DNA of 64,000 nt from Monocercomonoides exilis PA203 (lineage: Eukaryota > Protista > Preaxostyla), in contig LSRY02000013.1 of assembly GCA_001643675.2 (NCBI GenBank), positions 1 through 64,000 on the forward strand, read 5' to 3'. The notes below the pieces were generated by a model that saw nothing but the letters and a program-made list of their open reading frames with translations, was not told the origin of the DNA and did not search any database. The number at the start of each line of letters is the position of its first letter. Position 1 is the first letter of the stretch. Positions 54,896 through 64,000 of the stretch are shown here, in pieces. The position numbers and the translations under genes were made by a program.

Positions 54896-57865
54896 ATGAT
54901 TTGGGTTGCGTGCATGCTTTGCTATTTGTACAATAGCAATCTCATAGAAGGACATAAAGTTCAAGCAAACAATTCCAATCAAGAAAAAGAAGAAGCACAT
55001 AAGAAAGAGAATATTATCAGTGTTTTTGAAAGAATTGATCAACCGAGACAAGATTTCACAACAACAGGACAAGAGAAAAATGAAATCGTTGAAGAAGAGG
55101 ACGATTGCTCAGCCGAGAAAAATGAAAGGGAACTCGAAGAAGTTACAAATAAAAATATCATATTTGAAATGGAAGAATCCTCAGCGGCGTGTGAAAAAAT
55201 TGCCAAAAAAGAAATGATGCGCAATGAGAAAAATGAAGTGGATGTGGATGGAGAAAATGGAGTAGATAGCGAAGAATGCGGTCAAAAAGGAAAAGTCCCA
55301 TGCAAAACAATAAAGAAGGCTGTGGAGCGCTGCAAGCCAAAAAGTGCACTTACAATTTACATTGCAGAAAGCTGCAACAGATACGACATTGAGCCAATTG
55401 TTATTGAAGGATGCGAAATCAAAATATGTGTCAGAGAGGGAGCAAACAAACGAATTACAACAGCTTTGGATGAAAACAAAGTGCAAAAAGGGGATGGATT
55501 GTTCAATGTGAAAAGCAAGGGACGCTTTCACATGTATAGAACAGACATATGTGTGGACACAAAACGAGAAAGCGGACGAAATCAGGGACTAATTGCTGCT
55601 GAGGGAGAGGGGTCAGAGGTGGAACTGAACAGATTGAATATCAACAATATAGATTCTAATAACGCGCTGAACTGTGTGCTGATTCAATGCAAATTAGGAG
55701 GATTGAATCTTCAAATAGTCAAAATCTCAGAGTTTAACTCCTTTTGTGCGTTGATATTTGCAGAAGCGTCAAAATTTGTCAGAATGGATGAATTGAGTTT
55801 GGAAGCAATTTCCACACGGAGCAAAACTCAGTCAGTGGTCACAGTAACGGGTGAATGCCAATCAACATATTTTATTTATTGTGAATTTTCAAATTGCCAA
55901 TCGACAGATCACAAGCTTGGAGGAGCAGTTTATTTGGAAATTGAGAATGAAGAACATTCTTATTTATTTCAAGACTGCTGTTTTTCGAACTGTTCGTGCA
56001 AAGATACAAATGCGAACATTGGAAAAAGGAATGAGCAGCAAAATGACGAGTCAAAAGGAGGAGCAATATATATTCGAGTGGCCGATGAAGCGACTGGAAA
56101 ACTGAAGTTATCATTAAAAGGGATGATTATTTCAGACTGCACAGCAGACAAAGGGGAATATATTTTCATGTCTCTTCCAGCAGGAAGAGAGCAGATTGAC
56201 GAAAATGAATTTTCACTGGAAATGGAAGGGATATACGGGAAGGCTGATTATGTATTATTGGAAGTCAGGAGAGGGGAAGCTGCAATTATCGACCTTTTGG
56301 CAGACGATAAAAACAGACTGCCATATTGTTCTGGAAATGTTTATGTGGGAGGTGACAAAGCTGGCAATGAGAAATCATGTGGGCGAAAAGAAGAACCATG
56401 TGATATGATCAGCACAGCACTCAATCATAATCTTAGAAATAACTATTTGACAGTAAACATCATAAAGCGAGTCCTTGTTAACGAGCCACTGATTGATTTT
56501 CAGTACATAACTATTTCATCGATGTCAGATGCTTTTTCAGTGCCTTTCACAACAACTGGACAGAACAGAGGAACACTTCGAATTGGAGCAAATTTGAAAG
56601 CTGAAGACTCAATTGCAGTGTTTGGAGAAGAAGACACCTTCATTATTCTTGAACATTTTGATATTGAATATCCAGATGCAATAGAAGGAGACGCGCTTAA
56701 TTTGATTCATGGATCATATGGGCTGTACATTCTGGATGTTGTCTTTAGACCATGGTACACTGGATTAAAGGGTGAAAGTGTTCTTGGAGGAGAAGGAAAG
56801 CTTCTTCCATATAAATTGATTAAGTGCAACGAAATGAGAGGAAATATGACACAGCTAACCATTTATGGGAGAAACAGAAACATCACAAGAAAAAGTCAGC
56901 GTGAAAGCGATGAAGCTAACGAGAGACTCTCAACAACGAAGGGAAAATTTGAAAAGGAGAGAACAAATCGAATGAATGAAGAGGATAAACCATTGTGCTC
57001 TTGGGATTCTGGATTAATTTTTCTGGATTTTTTGTCTATGACACATGTTAATGACAGTAAATTTATTGACATTAGTGATGGTGTATTTTATTCATTGGCA
57101 TCGAATTTGAATCTGCATAATTGCAGCTTTGTGAACAATCATCCAGTTGACCGGGATTGGGAAAAATATCCTTCATTGCGTCACAACATTCGATTCAATG
57201 GAAGCGAGGGTTATGGGACTAATATACACTCATTGATGCCTGGAAGTGATGGATTGGATGGAAAGCCCTTTGGAATGCAAGCAAACAGAAAGGCACATGG
57301 AACAGCAGCGGAGAACATGGATTCATATTTCTTTTCACCCATTTTGAAGAACATAACAATGAAAAGAGATGAAACAAGCAATAAGAATGAACGTCAGGAC
57401 AAAAATGAAAATGAGAAAGAAATTGAGGCAGTTGTGCATGGATCGTATCTGTTTCCTTGTGGGCTGACGTTAGAAGCTTCGAAAAAAAAGAAAGGAGAAG
57501 AAATGAAATGGACAAATTGCCCAGTTTCGGAATATTCAAATGAGACAGAAATGAAAGTGAGGATTCCTCCATCTTTGCTTGATGTGGATGACTACACATC
57601 AGTGGTATGCCGCTTGACTTATTCAAGTGGAGTTATTAATGGAGAAAACAAGCATTCAGCAAATGTGATTTTGGTGAAGCAGAAGAAAAACGAGACAAAC
57701 GAAAGCAATTCGACAAAACTCACAAATGCACAACTTGTTGTAATCATTGTCTCTGTTAGCGTTTTTACTGTTGTTGCTGTTGCGTTCGTGATAGTGACTG
57801 TTGCGTGCGTAGTTAGAAGCAAAAAGCGAAGGCAATACAAATCCATCAAGGATTCGAAAATTTAA
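54896..57865 (+). CDS. ~990-aa type I membrane protein, beta-helix-like, same broad family as 29204-35881
   Basis: Hydrophobic start MIWVACMLCYLY; CG...PC.TI/MI, LGGAVYL and KGGAIYI motifs; LCSWDSGLI, PSLRHNI and HGSYLFPCGL parallel LCKWSGSLI, SARRNA and HGKLLLPCNL in the larger protein; C-terminal TM (LVVIIVSVSVFTVVAVAFVIVTVACVV). Intronless. Confidence 0.88.
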   Translation: MIWVACMLCYLYNSNLIEGHKVQANNSNQEKEEAHKKENIISVFERIDQPRQDFTTTGQEKNEIVEEEDDCSAEKNERELEEVTNKNIIFEMEESSAACEKIAKKEMMRNEKNEVDVDGENGVDSEECGQKGKVPCKTIKKAVERCKPKSALTIYIAESCNRYDIEPIVIEGCEIKICVREGANKRITTALDENKVQKGDGLFNVKSKGRFHMYRTDICVDTKRESGRNQGLIAAEGEGSEVELNRLNINNIDSNNALNCVLIQCKLGGLNLQIVKISEFNSFCALIFAEASKFVRMDELSLEAISTRSKTQSVVTVTGECQSTYFIYCEFSNCQSTDHKLGGAVYLEIENEEHSYLFQDCCFSNCSCKDTNANIGKRNEQQNDESKGGAIYIRVADEATGKLKLSLKGMIISDCTADKGEYIFMSLPAGREQIDENEFSLEMEGIYGKADYVLLEVRRGEAAIIDLLADDKNRLPYCSGNVYVGGDKAGNEKSCGRKEEPCDMISTALNHNLRNNYLTVNIIKRVLVNEPLIDFQYITISSMSDAFSVPFTTTGQNRGTLRIGANLKAEDSIAVFGEEDTFIILEHFDIEYPDAIEGDALNLIHGSYGLYILDVVFRPWYTGLKGESVLGGEGKLLPYKLIKCNEMRGNMTQLTIYGRNRNITRKSQRESDEANERLSTTKGKFEKERTNRMNEEDKPLCSWDSGLIFLDFLSMTHVNDSKFIDISDGVFYSLASNLNLHNCSFVNNHPVDRDWEKYPSLRHNIRFNGSEGYGTNIHSLMPGSDGLDGKPFGMQANRKAHGTAAENMDSYFFSPILKNITMKRDETSNKNERQDKNENEKEIEAVVHGSYLFPCGLTLEASKKKKGEEMKWTNCPVSEYSNETEMKVRIPPSLLDVDDYTSVVCRLTYSSGVINGENKHSANVILVKQKKNETNESNSTKLTNAQLVVIIVSVSVFTVVAVAFVIVTVACVVRSKKRRQYKSIKDSKI

Positions 57866-58446
57866 AAAGGAAAAAAAAAGAATAATCAAATATCTTTTCA
57901 ACAATTTTTAGAGATTTTCACATTTTTATTTCAATTAGAGAATTTTGTTTGTGTATTTTATTTCGAATTTCGTTCAAAATTGAGATAGTTTGAATGAAAA
58001 TTTCTTATTTCAAAAAAAAAAAAGCTAATTTTTGTGAAAAAAACACATTCCTGTATAGTTTGTAATTCTAAGTTTATGTAGCTATTTATTTTTTCTTTTT
58101 TTAACTTTCTGTTTGTTTGAATCATCCAACTTCATCACAATAATAGACAATTTTTTCAAATCATTATTGCAATTCAAATAAAAGAAAGCCAGTCAAAAAT
58201 TACAAAATAATAACGCATTTTCAAAAAATGAAATAAAATGTTTGTAATTATTAATATCAATTTAGACAATATTTTTATATTCAACAGCCACTTGTTGCGG
58301 AAGAATTTCTGTGATATTAATGTGAATTTAGCAAATAAAAAGAGTGTGCATTTCTTGAATATTCTTTATCTTTTGTCATTTTATAACGTTCACAAACAAC
58401 AGATTGTAAATATTCATGCTTAACACTGGTAATTGACAATTATTTG

Positions 58447-59199
58447 ATGAAATCAATAATTGATTCTGGGCTTGATCAAATGGATTCTCTTTTTGAAGCT
58501 AACGGTGTTTTTCAATACATTGGCCGTAATCTCGGATGCTGCTGTGAAGAAGACTGTGATTGCGACGTATACTGCGCACCATCACCAATAGGTGGGCAAT
58601 GCGCGAACTGCGGACATCATCCTTTATCTCATTGTCGTCTTTGCGATAAATGTCAAGATCCAATTCTTGATGAGAAATCTGCATATCATCTATGCTGTTT
58701 AGATCTCTTGTGTGAAAAATGCGAAGCGTCTTATAGTGTGAATTTTTCTTTTTTTCTTTTAAAATTATGCATTTTATTCGATTCTGAATATTTTAGAGCC
58801 AGATGAAGATATTATTTGTCCTCGTTGCTCATGCCTAACACCAAGAAAGCCATTTGTTATTTCAGAAACAGATAAGCCAAAAGAGAAACCACAAACTTTG
58901 GAAGATCATTTTCAAACTGCTGTCGCTCGTGTTGCTCTTCTAGAAAAACAACCTTCGACAGATATAATGCTTCAACTTTACAGTCTCTTTAAACAACAAA
59001 GTACTGGAGATTGTACTGGAAAGAGGCCTGGAATGACTGACATTAAAGCAAGAGCAAAATATGATGCATGGAATTCTCGAAAAGGCATGAACATCAAATT
59101 TATCTTTTTCTTTATTAATTTTTTAAATATTGAATAGGCATGTCAAAAGAAGAAGCTATGAAAGAATACATCAAAGTTGTTGATTCGCTGATGAAGTGA
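58447..59199 (+). CDS. Acyl-CoA-binding protein with N-terminal Cys/His-rich and RING-like zinc-binding regions, 3 exons
   Basis: Introns 58736-58796 (GT-AG) and 59085-59137 (GC-AG) give one frame. ACB motifs LQLYSLFKQ...GD...RPGM.D.KARAKYDAWNSRKG/MSKEEAMKEYI. Ends TGA 59197-99. Confidence 0.85.
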
Positions 59200-59533
59200 A
59201 TTCATATCACAATAATTTTACAGCTTTTTGCATGACTCTACCATGCGCATGCATCACTCACTTTTTTTTGTAAGTTTGTTTTTGTTGATGAAAAAAATCT
59301 TTTCATTTCGCGATTATTTCAATTGAAAAACGCATAATCCCGCTTTTGAACAATATGTAAAAGCTAAAATTTATATAAATATTTATCATTCGAATAAGAA
59401 AAGAATTTTAAAGACTAGGCTCAGGATTTGTTTTGTTATCAAGAAAGTTTGCATGAAATCAACAATAACTCACAGATCAACCCACTAATAAATTCAATTC
59501 TTTCTTCTTAAATAATATTTATCGTTTTTTGCA

Positions 59534-62500
59534 ATGAGCGATCCTTTTAAAAGAAGAAATGAATTTCAGCAATTTGCAAGGCCAAGAGGAAATATTGGCC
59601 ATGATGAAACAAAATCTTTAGGTTTTAACTTCTTTGAAATATCAGAACTAATTTATTATTTCACACTAAAATTATATTTACTTTGAAGTGTTCCAATGGA
59701 TTGATACAGATTATACAGTTTTACAAGAACCTTTGCCAGATATGCCTGGTTCACGCGTTGGACAAGTATTTCTTCTTTATTGGAATGAAAATTAAATTAT
59801 CACTTATCAATTGAATTGAAATTAGGTTCCATGCATCAGATTTTATGGAATCACAGAAGAAGGAACTTCTGTGCTTGTGAATTGTCATGGCTTTACTCCA
59901 TATTTATACATCCAAGTGTGCATGAAATTTCATTTTAATTATGATTCAAATTCACATGTTAAATATAGGAACCTCCGAATTTCACATCTGAACATATAAA
60001 AGCATTGACTGCAGCTCTGAATATTCATGTTTGTGAAAATTACAAATTGAATGAGATGATATTTTATGCAACGTTAATTGTTTCAAGGCTCCTGTGCATT
60101 CAATACACAGAACTCAAAAGATGAGTATTTATAATTATCATGATAAATTGGTGAATTTTCTTAAAATATTTGTCCAGCTTCCTTGGCACGTTCCAGTTAT
60201 TCGACGTGTGATTCTCTATTCTTTATCAGTCTTCATTATTTCGTGAATTGAATTATCAGAGGCTTTGAAAGCAGGAGTTGTTATTGAAGGATACGGACAG
60301 AGGGCATTTCAAACATACGAATCAAACATTGATTTCGTCCTTCGACATTTGTTCGATGCAAAAGCAGTTGGCTGCAGCTGGGTCGAACTGCCCGCAAACG
60401 AATATAAGCTCAGAGGAAACGATTCATCAAGTCCTTCGCAGCTGAAACCGTCAAGCACTTGCCATTTGGAAGCTGACATTGCGTGTGCACTGCATTTGTC
60501 CCTCCAAAATATATTCGCAATTAACGAATCTTTTATCGCTAATTTTCTTTATATATTTTTCAATTGGACTTATCACGCTTTCGAATATTTTTTGCTTGCC
60601 GTTCAACAACGTCAGATTCCACAAACTTATTTTCCATCCACCTGACGGTAAATACATGTCAATTGCACCTTTTCGTGTGCTATCGTTCGATATTGAATGT
60701 GTTGCCTCCCAAAAAGGAACTTTTCCACAGCCAGAAAAAGACAAAGTCATCCAAATATGCGCAACTGTTGCTGTTTATGGTTTATTTTGCACTTTCTTTC
60801 TTTTTTGCTTGTCGAAGAGATTCCGAATAATTTTCTCATTTTCTTAAAAAAATTGACTCGAATGTTAATTGCATTGTGCGTTTATGTGAACAATTCATCC
60901 TCCGTTTTGTCTTTGCGTCCAGGCAAAGTCGAGCCGCTGTTCCGCATTGCCCTTGTGCTCAACACCTGCACGCCGATCATCGGTGCGCATGTCTTTTCTT
61001 ATGCGACAGAAGAGGAGCTGCTGAATGCGTGGGCAGACCTCGTCACCATCATCGACCCTGACATTCTCACAGGATATAACATCATGAACTTCGATATACC
61101 TTATTTGTACAAGCGCGCAACAGCACTCAAATGCACTGGCTCCCACAAAATAGGTAGAATCACCAACTCTCCAATGACTGTGTGTAATTTTTAACTTATT
61201 TCAGATTGTTATAAATCTTATACAAATAAAAATGCTCTTTTTATTTTCCCCCACCCTCTTAATACACACATGTGTCTTTATTCTAAAAATTTCATATTTG
61301 TTTCCTTTCCCCAGGTGAAACTGTCGAGCTTCCACAGCAACCAGCAGGGCCACCGCGAGACACATGACATCTCAATCGACGGGCGGGTGATGATTGACAT
61401 GCTGACGGTGATGCAGAACGACTACCGCCTCTCGTCGTACTCGCTGAACTCTGTCTCTCAGAAGTTCCTGGGCGAGCAGAAGGAAGACGTGCACTGGACA
61501 ATCATCGGCGACCTGTTTGAGAAGGACGCAGAGTCGAGGCAGCGGCTGGCTGTGTACTGTCTAAAGGACTCGCTGCTGCCCTGGCGGCTGATGACGAAGC
61601 TGATGGTGATTGTCAACTTTGTGGAGATGGCGCGGGTGACGGGTGTGCCAATGAGCTACTTGTCTATCCGGGGGCAGCAGGTGCGTGTGGTGTCGCAGCT
61701 GTACCGCAAGGCAGCTGAGCACAACATGCTCATCCCAGTCTCTGAGACAGGCATCTCCGACGACAAATACCAAGGCGCCACAGTCATCGACCCGCTGAGA
61801 GGGTACTACGAAGATCCCATCGTGACGCTGGATTTCTCGTCGCTGTATCCGTCCATCATGATCTGCCACAACTTGTGCTATTCCACCCTCCTGCGGCCAG
61901 ACCAGGTGGGCAGGATGAACCCGAACGACTATGTCAAATCGCCCTCAGGCAACTTCTTTGTGAAGGCGTCTGTTAAAAGAGGGATCCTCCCTATCATTTT
62001 GGAAGACCTGCTGAAGGCGCGTGCGAAGGCGAAGAAGGAGATGAAGGAGGCGTCTGACCCGTTCAACGCTGCTGTTCTGAATGGGAGGCAGCTGGCAATG
62101 AAAGTGGTGGCAAACAGTGTGTATGGCTTCACTGGTGCACAGGTGGGGAAGCTGCCGTGTTTGGAGATCTCGCGGAGTGTGACAGCGTTTGGGCGAGAAA
62201 TGATTCTGAAGACGAAGAACATTGTGGAGACACACTATGTGAAGGCGAACGGGTTTGAGGACGATGCGATTGTGGTGTATGGAGATACAGATTCAGTCAT
62301 GGTGAAGTTTGGGATGAAAGACTTGCACACAGCAATGGAGAGAGGGAGAGAGGCTGCAGCGTTCATCACATCGCAGTTTGCTCCGCCTGTCAAGTTGGAG
62401 TTTGAGAAGGTGTACTGGCCGTATCTGCTGATGTCGAAGAAGCGATATGCAGGGCTGTTCTGGACGAAAGAAGATAAATTTGACAAGATCGACACGAAGG

Positions 62501-63384
62501 GTATTGAGACAGTGCGAAGAGATAACTGCCCGATGGTGCGGCTGGTGGTGGAGACGTGTCTGCAGAAGATTCTGGTGGCGAGAGATTTGGAAGGCGCACA
62601 GAACTTTGCGAAGCAGATTATTGCAGATTTGCTGCAGAACAAGCTGGACATGTCGCTGCTGGTGATCTCCAAGCAGTTCTCAAGACCAGCCAAGATGTAT
62701 GACTCGAAGCAGCCGCATGTGGAGCTGGCAGAAAGGATGAGGAAAAGAGAAGGAACAGCACCGCAAGTCGGGGAGAGAGTGTTCTTTGTGATTGTGGAAG
62801 GGGCAAAAGGGGCGAAAGGGTATGAGAAGTCGGAGGATCCGCTGTATGCGATGACGAACGGCATCCCCATTGACACTGACTATTATCTGGAGCACCAGCT
62901 GAAAGGGCCGCTGGAGCGTCTGTTCTCGCCCATTCTGAAAGAACGTGTGACCAGTCTGTTTGAAGGCGACCACACGCGCATCAGAAGAAAGCCACCCACA
63001 TCGCGTACATCTCAGTCAGCATCATCGGCGCTGATGAAGTTTGTGGGTGTGGCACGCGCCTGCATCAACTGCCGGGTGAAGCTGACTCCGCAGGAGACAG
63101 GCGCTGTGTGTTCGTCGTGCAAGGCGAAGGAGGGGGAGTTCTTGATGGAGGCACAGAAGACTGTCGCACAGGCAGAGGAGCAGTTCGGACACGTCATGGC
63201 ACAGTGCCAGCGCTGCTCATCCTCTTTGCACACACCTTTCTTATGCTCAAGCAGAGATTGCCCTCTTTTCTATCTCAGAACGAAAGTGAAGAAAGATCTT
63301 GAGGATGCATACGAATGCTTGGAACGTTTTGGCCCACCATGCGTAATTCCAAATCCTCCAATTCCTGTGTGCTCTTCGACTTAA
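59534..63384 (+). CDS. POLD1: DNA polymerase delta catalytic subunit, multi-exon
   Basis: ExoI SFDIEC, ExoII GYNIMNFDIPYL, ExoIII YCLKD; motif A LDFSSLYPSIM, motif B KVVANSVYGFTG, motif C YGDTDS; C-terminal CysA (CINC..CSSC) and CysB (CQRC..CSSRDCPLFY). First exon MSDPFKRR...SL/VFQWIDTDY. Confidence 0.97.
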
Positions 63385-63650
63385 AAGTTAATTGGTTTTT
63401 TTTCTGTATTCACTTGTCTTAAATTTATCAATCCCACTTCATTCATTATATATATATTTTTTGAAAAATAAAAAGTTTGATTTTCAACTTATTGATAAAT
63501 AATTTATTTATTAGTCTTTATAACAAATGAAGGGACTTTTTGATCAAATTGATTTAGAATGAAGTGTGTTTTTAAAAATTGAGCATGCTTTTGTTTCTTT
63601 AACTTTGTTATGCTTTATTTGATTTTGTATAACATACTAATGCGTTGCGA

Positions 63651-64000
63651 ATGCTTAAAATTTTGCTTAGTCCTCTTAAATTAACTATTAACCCACAGCC
63701 AAGAAAATTGACTATTGAAGATATTAAGCACTTCCCAAAAGCTGAGCTTCATTGCCATCTTGGTGTGCTTACATCTGTTATATAATGCATCATTTTTATT
63801 TTTCATTCCTGCTCATTAAAGACGGAAGCATTCGACCAAAAACAGTCATTGATCTTGCATTGGAGCAAGTTTGCTTTGTTCTTTAAGCAAAGAAATAATC
63901 GATTTAACTTGGGATTCGTAATGTTATTGATTTTATTTTATTGGTTTTTATTTCATAGGGAGTGAAATTGGACACTTTTGATGTTGACGAATTGACAAAA
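63651..64000 (+). CDS. Adenosine deaminase-family protein, 5' part (runs off window; start uncertain)
   Basis: Spliced translation IKHFPKAELHCHL/DGSIRPKTVIDLALEQ/GVKLDTFDVDEL matches the PKxELHxHLDGS metal-binding signature. Confidence 0.85.

Overview
Left end of a chromosome from an AT-rich, intron-rich unicellular eukaryote. The gene families, ~55-70 nt introns and low-complexity proteins suggest an oxymonad such as Monocercomonoides; this is inference from recalled family resemblance, not a database result. Layout: (CCCTAA)n telomere (1-2880); a ~38 kb subtelomeric zone of decayed coding-like DNA, microsatellites, a lineage-specific family gene, a 2.2-kaa beta-helix-like surface protein and DNA transposons; then a compact housekeeping block from 41.6 kb (pescadillo, poly(A) polymerase, RuvB-like 2, divergent Rab-like GTPase, second surface protein, RING-like/ACBP fusion, DNA polymerase delta, start of adenosine deaminase). 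Most interesting: a ~1135-codon, mildly decayed tyrosine recombinase gene with a C-terminal Myb/SANT domain 7-10 kb from the telomere. Nearby, the exact telomere-junction 17-mer (CCCTAACCTAACCTAGA) recurs internally as part of an inverted pair around a GC-rich island, and a 10-8-10 lox-like palindrome contains a degenerate copy of it. Together these suggest a candidate telomere-targeted YR element (hypothesis). Also resolved by hand: a Merlin transposon with a MITE nested in a MITE inside it, and a foldback element hit three times by GGG...CCC MITEs, twice at the mirror-image site.
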